Assembly: GCA_950097015.1 (NCBI GenBank) | Contig: CATNEN010000001.1 | Location: 24,986,001-25,050,000 of the forward strand | Direction: 5' to 3' | DNA length: 64,000 bases | Source: Macrostomum hystrix | Taxonomy: Eukaryota; Animalia; Platyhelminthes | Shown here: in pieces, positions 21,834-34,667 of the stretch | Layout of the letters: every line of letters begins with the position of its first letter | Numbering within the stretch: position 1 is the stretch's first letter | Program-made: the position numbers and the translations under genes | The notes under the pieces: model-generated | What the model was told of the DNA's origin: nothing | The model's database searches: none | What the model saw: the letters and a program-made list of their open reading frames with translations, nothing else

Positions 21834-24800
21834 CTACTGCTGCTGCTGCTGCTTCTGTTTCTGCTGCCTTAGCTGCTGCTGCTGCTGCTGCTTTTGCTGT
21901 TGTGGCTGCTGCTGTTGATTTATATTATTTTGCTGCTGCAACTCAGACCAAAATGTCGGGTCCAGGAATGAAGTCGGACAGTTTTTCGCAGCCAGTCCGT
22001 CTTTATGCTCGTGCGGCCCCGCCAGCTCAGCCAGTTGAGGTCTGAAGCGGCGTAGCTGTCTGGCCTGAAAGCCGAGATACTTCAAGTACTGCGCCGGATA
22101 CTTCCGTTCGTCAGTCCACCAGTTCTGCAACACGTGTGCAATTAACAATTAGCGATTTTTAGGAGACTTGCTTTCCCGCATAAAACCTATTGTGTGCCCT
22201 GCAGTGCGCAGTAATTAATCACAAAAAGCAATATTATATTCTCATCTATAGAAGATAAGTAGCGTTCAAGGAACAGATCAATATAACTACCACCTGTTAA
22301 ATTCGCACTAAGTAGTGTACAAGCGACTCGTAAATGGTAACAAGTAGATTAGCAAGAATATCATACCTCTGTTTCGCAGTCGACCTTCGTCCGGCTGCAA
22401 CCGCAGGCAAAAAACGATGCTCGACGCTGATGCTCGCGTAGCAGCTCAAAGTAGGCGCGCCTCCACAGACCAACTGCCCTGTCTTGCATCATACTGACGC
22501 GGTGTGTAAATCTGGCGATCAACAGGTACATCAGCACAATGTTGACCAGACCGAGAAAGACGAAAATCATGAGTCTTCGATACCACGACGATCCGATAGA
22601 ATTGGCTACTGATCCGATCGACTGATCCAGACTGCTTCTTGGAGTATCAAAGGTTGCGCGTTCAAAGTTTGTAAACAACAGATCTAATGGCAGAGTAAAG
22701 ATCTGCATCATCACCTGCCACCAATAAAATTGGGCGCTGTTCTCGCTTGAGACTGATGTAGTCACAGGGAACAGCAGGTTGAAAAAGAAAATTCCAAAGG
22801 AATAAAAAATAACTGTGATGATCGCGCAAAATGGCAGAAGGTCTTGCAATGCGACGCATTTCATTGTTGTGATGACTGGTCCGATTGTTCCAAAGAAATT
22901 CAAGAAAGAAATCAGTCGAAGTCCCCACATGAGAAGTGCGGCAGCAAGGATTGACTGACATGCATATGCAGTCACGTCGGTTGGCCTCGAATAGATGCAC
23001 CACTTCCAGATGACTCCCAGCCAAAGGAGCGTGAGGGCGCACCAGTTGATCAGGTTCGAGAAGTCTCTGCAGTATGCTGGACACCTATTCAGCCTTCTTC
23101 CAGCCTTCGAGCTAGTCCTGCGACCGCAAAAATTCCGAGGTAGAAAGGCTGCAACAATGTCAATAACCTCGATGATTAGGAAGAGAGAAGCAAAGGCCGT
23201 TAGGACTGCGTCTATTGTCCAAGAACGGAAGGTTCGGACAAAGTCTGTTACGTACCAAGAGAAGTAAAATAGGAACAGCAAGTGGATCGCAAGATGCGCA
23301 TAGAAGGATGCCTTCAAAATTCCGCCAAAATGACTGCTACAGACTGGTCTTTCGCCTCGACTTTGAGAGCAAGTGAAATTCTGCCACTCATCCTCGGTCA
23401 ACGCATGTATACAGTCCGTTGAGTACAACTTTTCACTATCGGCCTCTTCAATAAGATCGATCACGGCAACACAGCTGGGAGAACGTTTGCCACAGTAAGT
23501 ATTTTCACCTGTTTGGCTTGAGGTGTAGGCGATTGGAAATAATGGTCCTGATTGCTGAGGCTCATCATCCCAAATGTGGCCCCTGATGTACCTAAAAAGC
23601 AGCTGCCTCTCCTCGTTGTTGGCGTTCTCAAACAGAAAATTGATGAACTGGACTACAATGTCAGCAATTTTTTCTTTGAGCTTCGTTCGTTTTTCATCTC
23701 GACAGTAGGCCCCCACAGTTTCGTGCTGAAGCTGAACCAGGAGTCTAATGCAGGCAGGAATCAAGTCGAACTGCCTTGTGATGACGAGGTCAGGCAGCAG
23801 GTCGAGCTTGTCATTAATAAGCGCCATGTCGATAATTTCCAACTCAGAGGAGCGCTTAACTCCCTGAACATCTGTCACGAAACTTTCAAAACGGTTGTAT
23901 TTGATTGTGCAGTTTCTCTCCAGGTGCTGTATGAGATCAGCTTCTGTGTCAGAATGCAGCAAATCCAGCTTGAGAGCGGCTCTGAATGTTCTCGGAGAGT
24001 CCTGGTCCCAAGCCTTGAACAGGGCGCTTAACGAGATCGATGGCTTATTAGCAATGGCTGGCATCAGTGCATTGCTTGCCACGCACAGTTTTTGAGCCCC
24101 AAGGGTCGCTGAAAGTAGCTGATGGGCACTGCTTCTGGCAGGCAGTTTCAAAGACCGTCGAACTGGATCAGTCAGGCGAAGCTCATCCAGCTCGGGCATT
24201 CGCAAAGCCTCCATAAGATTTTCTGACTCGCCAAATTCAATGGCATAATCGATGCAAGTTAGACCTGATTGGTCCAAATCAGTCAGTCTCAAGCCTTTTC
24301 TCAGAAGATATGTAACATTGCGCGTGTGACCTGACTGACAGGCAAAGTGCAGACTTGTTGCACCCTTTCTAGGACCGCTCAGAACCTGCTGTCTCAGTAG
24401 CCTGCGACCGCGACCTTTGAAGTCCAGCAGCCTTTTGAGCGGCTTCATTATTCTCTCCAGACTGTACCTACTGGCGTAAAAGTGGAGCAGGTGAAAACCG
24501 CTGGAGTTGAAGGCGTTGCTCTTCAGCCACTGCTTGAGATTCTTCGAATCGCTCAACAGTAGCTTTTCAAAAGTGGCTTCATCAAGAAGACAGCTTTGGA
24601 GCCAATTTTGTCCGAGAATATTTTCAGCCTTTGGATCGACGTGCGAATCGGTAATCAACCTTCCTGCAGCTTCGCTGAACTCTTTCAAGTCCTGACCATG
24701 CGCATTACTACTACCTAGCAGAAGTGCGTGCAGAAGTGTGTTCTCGTGAATGTCACGAACGAGGGCGTCCTTGTACGGGGCCTTAAGCAGAAGTTTAAAG

Positions 24801-26113
24801 TTCCAGCCCAAACAGCAGTAGAACAACATATTTCGGCCGAACCGATCAGCTTGACTGGTGTATGCAAGTCGCTCCCCGAAACTGAGGCTTTGCTTGAGAA
24901 AGTCCATTATGGTTTGGTCTTGCGCTGCGAAATGTAGCGGGGTCTGACCATTGCGATTCGCATCTTTCAGTATACTCTCTATACGGTTCTCGTCGAATTG
25001 CTTGATCCGGCTCAATATTGCCTTGAACGTACTAGGCTTCCTGTACAGGCCAGCATAGTGGAGAACCGTATTCCCATCCTCGTCCCTGTGGTCCACGTCG
25101 ATGGAAGCCAATTCTGTCATCTTCTCGGCTGAGCTGTCCGGTTGATGTTGAATGACAGTCTGAAAAACAGACTGACCCCTCGAGTTTTTCCAGTCAAGAC
25201 ACTTTCGTCCGAAATAACTGTCCGAGACAACTTCCTCAAAGACGTCTACATTTCGCTTCTCACTGCCGACTGTTCTCAAACACTGATTCCTTGCAGCGAA
25301 GTGTGCCAGAGTGTCTCCCTTACGATCACTCATGGCGCCTAAATCACAATTGTCGAATCGCTTTGCCCTTTCGTAGCTATTTATTTTCGGATTTTCAAGC
25401 ATCAATTTGGCAGTTTCCAACAGATTTCTAACGGTTTCTGTGCTGAGATGCAGGACGGCAATGTGAAGGACTGTTTGTTGGCAGTGATTTCTCCACAGCA
25501 GACATCCTGGGCCTGCTATTTTCAGAATTTTGTCCAAAACCTCTCTATGCTGACAGTTCTTTGCCGCATAGTGAGCGACTGTGTTGCCGAAATCGTCATT
25601 CAGTTGAATTTTTCGCAGGTCCCTAGCCAAGCCTTGCCAAATGCCGTCGATCTGGCTGAGAGGGAAGTTCGCAGCGGCGTAGTGAAGCGGAGTAGCGCAG
25701 CGGAGGTCCTCTTGCAGCAGACAGGATGATCCTGTCATCTTGTCAAGCTCTGTGAGCAACCTGACGCCATCCGGACGCATAGCAGCATAATGAGCCGCGT
25801 TTCGACCCTCTTCGTCGCATTCCAAATGACGCATAACGCTTGAAGCCTGGATGTATTTCAAGGCGTCTTCAAGATCTCCACGCTTTGTCGCTGCTAGAAG
25901 GCCGCCTCTGCAGACTCGAGCTGGCTGCTCTCTCACTTGTCCTAAATCAACGGCAACTGAGTATATGTCCGGCTTACTTTTGCGACTGCTGCCTAGCTGA
26001 CCAGCTGCTTCATTGCTTTCTGCTGCGGCGCGATCAGCAGCCCTAATCGGCTGCGCTGCATCTGGACCTCCGCCAACTTTTTGCTTCGTTGGGTAGCCAG
26101 CTGGTGAGGGCAT
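21834..26113 (-). CDS. Ankyrin-repeat TRP cation channel paralogue 2 (~1345 aa), intact, with poly-Gln tail
   Basis: Exon 26113-22367 (GAG|gtatga) plus exon 22124-21834 (ttgcag|AAC TGG TGG). More than ten ankyrin-like repeats; TM region IGPVITTMKCVALQDLLPF..NIVLMYLLIARF..WRRAYFELLRE. Colinear with paralogue 1 and has the same intron position. Confidence 0.9.
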
Positions 26114-26212
26114 CGCCGAGTGGCTTCACAGCTTCCTGGTGCAGATTTGATCAGCTGATCTGGATTGATACCTGCAAAGTTTTTTTCCTATGTATTTCCT
26201 TCGCTATTAAGA

Positions 26213-26398
26213 AATAATAATAATCGATTTACACCTGCCCCAATCGGGCCAGATGCGCAGCCGACGGTACGCAGCAGCTATTGCGTGGTGTAAGTACTGT
26301 TTTTAGGACACAAACTATTTCAGTAGGGTTGGGAATCGAACCCCCGACCTTTAAGTTGTCAGTCCGAAGCTCTAGCCACCACTCCTTTTATAGCCCCC
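26213..26398 (-). mobile_element. tRNA-derived SINE in the likely 5'-UTR intron of TRP paralogue 2
   Basis: Minus strand reads ggggctata..gtggtggctagagcttcggactgacaac..ggtcgggggttcgattccc (A/B-box-like), then tttgtgtcct, then an (ATT)n tail. Confidence 0.65.
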
Positions 26399-28480
26399 TT
26401 TTATGTAAATTTCAAATGAGGCTACACGTACGTTCCTAAGCTTAATAGGTTCGAACAAAAATTCAAAGCATTCACAGCTAGACTACACTATACTCACCAA
26501 TCAAAGATGCAAGTCGATCGATGGAAATTGTAGAAATGAATAAACTAATGGCGATAGATTCACTAATGCAGGGAATTAAAACAAAAAGGGCATGTCGCCG
26601 CTCAGCACGAGCAACTGCTGGGGTCTTATTTATCAGGATGCCCTCAGCTCAACGGAATCCAGTAAGTATGAACTAGTTCTGTGTTTCCGTCTGTCTAAAC
26701 TGGAAATTAGACCTTTTAGACCCTTATTTAATTGTTTCTATAAACCCCCCCTGTGCATATAGTTCCATGAAACAGACAACGAGCTTTAAAGATGCTATAC
26801 TCATGCTTACTGTTACTCATTTCTGATTCCTCCACTAAAGTTTGTTTTGAAACGTCAATCCTTGTGGGCATTCGGAGGTGGCTGCAGTCCGAGGTCGGTC
26901 ATGCAAGTCCGCACCTGAGCCACGACTACTTGCTGCTGCGTACGTGGCGAGAGGACCATGAATGATAAAATTTTGATCACTTTTTTACAATGAGTTTATC
27001 GATTTTGCAAGGCCAGCCATGTAGCCACAAGAAATGCTTCAAAGCTGTGCCAGGATACTTGTGCTACGCCACAAATCATAATCTGCAGTTATGGAAACTC
27101 ACCCTTCAGTTGAAACTCCATCTGAAAACATGTCTATTTTTTCATTAAAACTACACAATTAATAATGCAAAAAGTAAACTTTTTGCTGAAAAGACTGCTA
27201 TACAAATATACTATATTTTTTCTTTTGATCTCAGCTGAAAGTTATGCTATCAAGTACGTGATCGTATACGAACGGTATATTAATTTACCAAGTGATTTTG
27301 CATGAGTCGAGCATTAACGAGATCATATCGCAGCACATCGTTGATGTACTGAAAATTATAACTCTGCGATTAAATTAATATTCAATCAATATTAAATAGT
27401 CAATCGATGGGAGTCAGGTGCCACTGTAATTAGCAACGGGACTCGATCGATGACTTTGTAGATGAAGCTATATACAAAGACGACTCGCAAATAACGTACA
27501 CACGTAATATACGTAATCTTCTTGTGTAGTCCTCGGCTGTAAATTTAGATATAATTTTTTGTTATGATCAATTAAAGGATGGCTAAATGGCTGGTACAAT
27601 CATAAACCTAATGCAGAGCCTGTGCTGTACGGATAGTCATGCACGCAGCATTGCGTGGAGTCTGACTTGGAGTCAAATCTTTAAAAAGCCATTTTACATT
27701 CCCTAGCTGTACATTGCATCACACATGTCCTCAAAATTCGAAAGAACGTAAATGATTTATTTCCAATTCAAAACCATTTATATTTAGCGATTTTGGCTTG
27801 TTTTATTTAACTTTAAATAAGTATTGTACATCAAAGCCACTTTTGTCTCCACTATATTAGGTGCATGCGCGTGCGTGCGTTCGATATACTTTGATGTATG
27901 ATACTTTGTGCCTCTCGGGACCTTGCTCGCTGCTCATCGCTCGTTGTCCGCCCCACCACAATCAGTTCTGGAAGGCTAGTGGCCATTTAAGCCCCGCCGT
28001 CCGTAAAGTTTCATCTCGCGTGAGCTAAAATAGTCTAGTTCATAAAAAATCCGGCGTTCGTTGAAACAAATTCGACGTAGCAATATTTTATATGTAAAAA
28101 TGAAATATATTGCTAGATTTCCGCTCAATATAATAAATCTTTAGTTACGAATACCACCGAAGTGTAAGACTTTTTCTACAAAATCGTATTCTCTTTCAGA
28201 GTGTATTTAATAAGAATCGTTTTGGTTAAAACTATATATATTGGCACGTTTCTTGCTTCTCAGTTTACTAGCATATTACCCTATTTAAGCGCGTAGCAAG
28301 AAATCAGTTAAATACAATCCAAGGACAGGTTTCCGTGCATTTATAAAACCTTATTTTCCTGTGACTATTTTGCTTAACTTCGTTTGTATTTCCAGAGTAG
28401 TTTTATAATTTAGTTAGCTTAAGTGATAAAATATTTGGTGTTAATACTTGAAAAATAAAATTTGTTCCTAACTTCCTATT

Positions 28481-31400
28481 ATGAAATTTCTTGATGCTCG
28501 ATCTTTTGCTTATGGTGGAACCGCTTCTGTATTTGCTGAATTTGGTAAGCAGTAGCAAATTCAATCCTTTTTTATGCATTTTCTAATGTAGCTAATGTTA
28601 CATGTGGAGTTTATTAAGATGTGCAGGGTTGTGCCCATGTAAACTCCAAAATGGACTGAAGTGGGTCCAATGCAGCTGTGTTTTATATTATTAAAAAATA
28701 TGACCTTTAGAGCTGCTGATATCAGTTTTTAATAGAAATCTGAGTTTTCAAAATGAAAAGTGACAACATTATCTAAAATTTTCTTTTTCAATTTTTAGGT
28801 ACATTTCCACTGGACACTGCCAAAACAAGGCTTATGGTTCAAGGCCAAAGGCAAACTGCCAATGAGATTGTTGCTTTTAGATATAAAGGCATGTCTCATG
28901 CCTTCTACAAGATTTGTGTTGAAGAAGGCTACCAAGCTTTGTTTAAAGGGTATGTACAATACTTCTTAATCAGTGTTATTCTTTCAAGGATGAATTTAAC
29001 TAGCTAGCAAGGCCTATGTTCCCTTGTTTTATAAATTAATTAGCTACCTAGCCTACAAGCCATACTAATTTTAAGAAAAGTTTACCCAGTTTAGTTTAAA
29101 GTATAATTGTACAAGCTGCTGACTTTCAAAATAAGGGCCACTAGAGCCTAGTATCAAATTAAAAGTATTTAAGTATTGCATTAGCTAAGCATTAAAAGTA
29201 AACCTTCGATTCAGAAGTTGTTGCTAGCTAGCTATTCAGTATTTTACAATACAAAATTGTTGTTTTTGTATAGTATCAATAACATTTCCATTTGAAAACC
29301 TATTTTTGTTTAAATGTAACTGTAAGAATATTTTTTTATATAATGTTATATAGTATTTTAATCAGGAGTAAGATAACTTTTATACTAAAAAACTATTATC
29401 TGTTCATTAAAAAATATGTGCTGTAGCCTACTAAGCCTGGTCTTTTTATAATAAAAAATCTGGCAATACTAGAGGTATAATTGTGATATCTAGAATTTGG
29501 CTAATTATAATATTTTTGTTATTTTATCTTTAAAAGGTTACTTGGGCAACATAGCATGTTGCATTATAATATTTAGGTTTGCCATAATAGAAAAAGGCTT
29601 TTATTGATCAATATTATTTTAACTTAGCTTTTCTTTAATTTTTCTCTACTTTTTACTACACCAACTGGCTTTGATTTACAAAATGTGCTTTTTTGATGAC
29701 TTAAGTTTCTACTTTTTTATTAGCCATTTTCCAAAAAGCTACTTTTGATTCATGAAAACTACAAATGGTGTCTTAGAAATAATGGGAAAATTCATTGAAG
29801 GGTCCACAATTAAGTGAAAATTGAGTATAACTTCTATTACTAAATAGATACAAATCTATGGTTCTATTGCTTTGAACAAATCAATTCCTTAAAAATGTGG
29901 TTTAACATATAACCAAGGGTAGACTTACACCAAGTCTAGACTAGTAGCTTGCAGCACTTGGTCCCTTGGTCTATCTTGTATAAAGGAAATTGATGACATC
30001 TGTATTAGATTGATGTGGAATAATTGTGGGCAGCATAATCCACTTGACTTCTCCTTCCAAGTTGATGTTATGGTAAAATGTATCTTGGAATGTCTTGGAT
30101 TTCAGCTTTGTCAGTGTCTCGAGTACCAATCTGCATCAACTGGGCTGTTTGGCTCAAGGATATGTATGGTTAGTGGACCTTCTTAATTGATGAATAAGGT
30201 CAGCATGACTTTCTTGCAATGCTGATCTCACTTTGTTGTCAAAGGTGGAGCTGAACCTATCAATGCCCACACATTGCTCTCCTGACTTCATCTCAGAGTC
30301 AAAGTGTGTTGCTATTCCAGATTTGTCTCCAGTCTCCATATACCATTGGAAGCCCTCCCATCCAGATGCACTTTGAACCAGCTCAAGATTATTCTTACTG
30401 GACATTCTTGCAGCCTGCAGCCATCAACAAAAGTGGTACCCATCTTGCCTTCAGCTTCACCATAACAAGATCCACCGGCAAGATTTGATGTCTATGGTTA
30501 AACTATTAGGCTTGACTTGGTGTTAAACTATAGGCTATTTTCCACTTTTATTCTGCACTTGATTTTCCCACTATTTCTGCGACACCCATCATGCATTAAA
30601 TGTACTTCATAGGGTTAGTAAATCAGGTAAGATGCAAGGAAAAATTCATGAAAGTAAGCTGACTATTTATAATTGGTTATATTTATATATTAGTGCCTTA
30701 ATGAGTTTGCTTATTTTTACTTGTCCACATTGAATTACAACTTTATTCAATGCTTTACAACTGTTTTCACAAATCGTGTGAATCATAATATAGGCGCAAA
30801 AAACTTGCATAGCTCCAAATAAAGTGCAATTAAATTAAAATCACGCCAAATTGGCTAAACTTGTCTGTCGATTGAAGCAGACACTTAATTATCAATGAGT
30901 TACAGCCTTGCTGTATTTTGTCGCAGCGGGTTTCCTGTTCATCCTGACACAAAAGGCAAATTATTTGGAGCTAGCTTATCCCCTTGTTCATTGCTTGATT
31001 AAACTTTCTATTTGCAGGCGATTGGAACAAATCCTGAATTGGCCGGCTCAACCCACTACTGGCTCACCAGTGTCTATTGGGGGCAGTTTTATCAGTGCGA
31101 AGCCGAGGACTTGAAAGCCTCGGTGGAGTGAGGATCAAGCACTCGTTGCTACATGTACTTAATATTTAAGGGATATTATTTAATCGCGTGTATACATGTC
31201 TCTTCTCACATTCTCAGTTTTGCACTAAGATTTAGACAATGTATGGTTTGGCTGCAATCGCCAAATTTATTTAGATATTAGCCACCAAAGATGACGCAAG
31301 ATGATTCGCTTTTTGTGCTGCTAGTAAGCTAATACAACTTGATGGCTGGTGGTTGACCTTTTGCGCATCTCTTCAAGTCTTGTTCGGATCATCTTACGCA

Positions 31401-34400
31401 TCGTGTTTAGCTTGGCCAGAAACAGCCGCTTATGCATCAGAGCGCCTTATTCTCCAGTTCACGGAACGTCTGTTCGAAGTCGAAAACGATTTATGCTCAA
31501 AACCTTGGACGATGGTTGTAGTCTATTCAAAATTATGGACTCTTTCACGTTTGCGTCTTCAAAACAGGTCATATTTCTCTTCAAGATTTAAGCAGCTGCT
31601 GTGGTTGTTCTATGGGAAAGTATTGATTGACATAAGAAGACTTAGTACTAATGTCTTCTCGGATCATCTGACGTGTCTTGACTTAATCGGTTAGCTAGAT
31701 TGATACGGTCCATCTTCACGTGAAGGAGTTGAAGGAAAATTTGTGAAACTTTTGGCAGCACAAAAGGCAATTTAAATGCGTTTTCTATTGAAAAAGGGTC
31801 ACTTTCTATACTGATTAGCGAATACACAGTGCAAAGAACAACAGTTTTGAAATGTCTCGTAATAGATCTCATCAGGGAATTGTCTTTGATAGACGTACCA
31901 ATGAGCTAAATTTATCGTAACGAAAATCTGCTTGTGTCAGTATTTGGATCGGAAAATATCTTTTGGCTCGATTTTGGAGTTTCCGACAACTAAATTGGGA
32001 CTGAATTGCCGTAGGACATCAATTTATAGCAGTTAGTTGATGAAACATGATAAGATTTTCTCTGGAGTCACATGACATGCTGCTTTGCCACTTTGCCAAT
32101 CGAGTAAACTTCAAACCGCCCTAACGAGAAGCTCTCCCCCTTGTCCTCTCTTCGGACATCCCTGATTAAAAAATGTATTTCACAGACTGTCAGTGGCACT
32201 GATTCGGCAAGCCAGCTATGGCACCATCAAGGTTGGCATCTACGAGAGTCTGAAGCCACATGCGGCCGCTGTTCTGCCCTTCGCTCCGAGCGACACCATG
32301 GCTAATAACATCCTGTGCGCTGCGGTCGCTGGCACCATCAGCAGCTGCTGCGCCACACCCACAGACGTGCTGAAGGTACGCCTGCAGGCTAGCGGCCTCT
32401 GCCCCAGCAATCAGTACAATGGCTCTCTGCTTGCTAACTTTCGCACCATCTACCGAGAAGAAGGTGTTCGAGGACTGTGGCGCGGCACGGGCCCGACTGC
32501 CCAACGGGCCACGCTTATCTGCAGCGTCCAACTGCCAACCTACGAGGCTGCTAAGCGATTCCTTACTAGGCAGCAGCTACTGCAGGATGGCAGTGTGTGC
32601 CATTTTGTGTGAGTAAAATCTCTACGGATGTAGTCAATCTTACAATTGTTTATCGACGTGTTTTTCGCACGGTTCATACCGACTTATGCGGATGAAGCAA
32701 GGGCTGTGAACAGATATTTTGGTGTTTTTGACGTGACGCGCTCGCGAGAAGCCACTAGTGACAGCTGCACTAACAATAAAAAACAGCAATGTGGAAAAAT
32801 ACGGGCTTTCGCGACCGCTTAAATAATACTTAAATGCAATCCTATCTTCGCCAGACAAAAATTCTGTCATGGTTTAACACGGTTAATTAATGCACGGATA
32901 GACATTTTTTTCTATTCTTCCCACTAATAGCAGTGGAAATTTAGTATTGAACTGTACTATTAAGCTATGAAAACCCTTTCCTGAATCCCGCAGGTCCAGC
33001 ATCTGTGCTGGCGTGGCCAGCGCCGCAGCCTGCAATCCGATCGATGTCATCAAGGTGAGCTACTAGCAGATTTTTTGTGATTTATTAATAAAAGTGCAAT
33101 CAAGGAAATTTGGTATGCCTGACATGAGTGGCTGTGGGATATCATTTTGGGTGGGCAAATTTGGCGGCGGAATACAGTTTCTAGGTTAGTACCGCACTCG
33201 AGTGCTCCAGTACTTGCCGTGTAAGCAATGATATCTGCAGTGTACAGGGAAGAGAAAATAGGTTTTACATCGGCAACATGCCAGTTATAGAGGCTAAGCT
33301 TGTCTTATATCTTAGCTTTTTTATAGCTGCCTCATCCCTGTTTATAACATACAGGGAGTTTACAAGGCCATTGCGGCCAGCAGTGACGGGCGGGGCTTTG
33401 GGGAGGGGGACTTCTTCCAAGTGCGTGGGGTGGCGAGCCGCTGTGGCTCGGAGTTACCGTATAGAATATAGATGGTCACATAAAGCGTCGGGGTTTCTCG
33501 TACACTGGTGACAAGGCCGTTTCTATTTTTAGATATTTTCCGCTCAGTCTTCTAGGTCAATTCACGCCGCCGAGAGGTGGGCTTTTCTCTAACCCGCGCT
33601 ATCTAAGCCCGCCCGCCCGCGCACATTTTTCTGCTTTATGGCTAATAGTCCATGCGGCAGACGCGTGATCGGTAATTTTCCATCCGAACCTGAAGGAGCG
33701 CTTAGGAGAGAGAGAGAGGGGTGGGTCTTTTTGAGGGGAATGGCGCATTTTACTTAACGCTTGTGAGAATTCTAGGGGACGAGAATGGCGCCAGTGTCAA
33801 TGCTTCCCTGCCCCGACTATTCTCGTCTCCAATATTCTGCTGGCTTTTTGGCATAAGTGCAAACACTGGGGTTATTGTCCGATGTTCCTTGTAATTGTGA
33901 AGCGCTCATCTTTTATGCTGCTTTTTACATTTTTTAATGCGCTACTCAATGGCTAATCAAATTTCCTATAGCGCCAAACCCTGCTTAGCTTAGAGCTTTA
34001 AAAAGCAAAGCGAAACACAATGAGTGATGAATGGTTCATAGTAGAGCATTTGCGTTGCAGCAGTGCTATGCAATAAGTATTGCATTTTCTTAGCTAGTTT
34101 CAATTCGCCTTTCGTGTCACGAAATGTTTTTGTGTGCCTTCTATTGTTTTACAGACAAAAGCAGATGGTTGAAACTCTTAATTTAGTTGGGTTGAGGCCC
34201 ATTGCTTATTAATCTTCACATTCGCTCTCATTGTTGGCTGTTTATTACCCTGAGCCGCGTGCAGAAACCAACTTGGGCTTCCTACTAGACCTTATGTGTA
34301 ATGATACAATGAGTGCATGATCCATTGTGCCTATCTACCAACTCAGAGTCGCATGATGAACCAGCGCTACAGCTCCAGCAGGGCCAGCGGCCTGTACACC

Positions 34401-34667
34401 AGCAGCTGGGATTGCCTGGTGCACACCTGCCGGGCTGAGGGCTTTCGAGCTCTGTGGAAAGGCCTAGTGCCAAACTGTATGCGCCTCGGTCCATGGAACA
34501 TTATCTTCTTCCTGACTATGGAGCGGTTGAAGGCTCTGGACGATACAGTCTCCAGTCTGGAGGCCAGAGACATCGAGTGCGTCCTCGGCAAGTCGCAGGA
34601 GATTGCTGCAGTCTCGCTTGAAATAGTTGACGGCGATGTCTGCCTGAAGGATCTGAGAGCCAACTGA
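28481..34667 (+). CDS. SLC25A30: Mitochondrial carrier, KMCP1/BMCP1 (UCP5-like) subfamily, 339 aa, 5 exons
   Basis: Exons 28481-28544, 28799-28949, 32186-32608, 32994-33054 and 34347-34667 are all GT-AG and phase-consistent (1020 nt). Motifs [58 protein letters not shown] and [13 protein letters not shown]25A14 and SLC25A30 cannot be distinguished. Confidence 0.92.
29900..30480 (-). pseudogene. Decayed coding-like sequence inside SLC25A30 intron 2 (probable old transposon ORF, unidentified)
   Basis: ORF 30405-30154 continues in frame past single TGA/TAG stops (..[45 protein letters not shown]..). No recognisable motif. Confidence 0.3.

Noticed and set aside
27860-28025. NRF1-like (gcatgcgc) and TCTCGCG-type promoter motifs upstream of the carrier gene, and cgcatgcg at ~52125
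   Set aside because: Short imperfect matches with no TSS evidence; cannot be distinguished from chance.
31200-31900. Short ORFs in SLC25A30 intron 2
   Set aside because: Multiple stops, no splice-consistent model and no recognisable domain.
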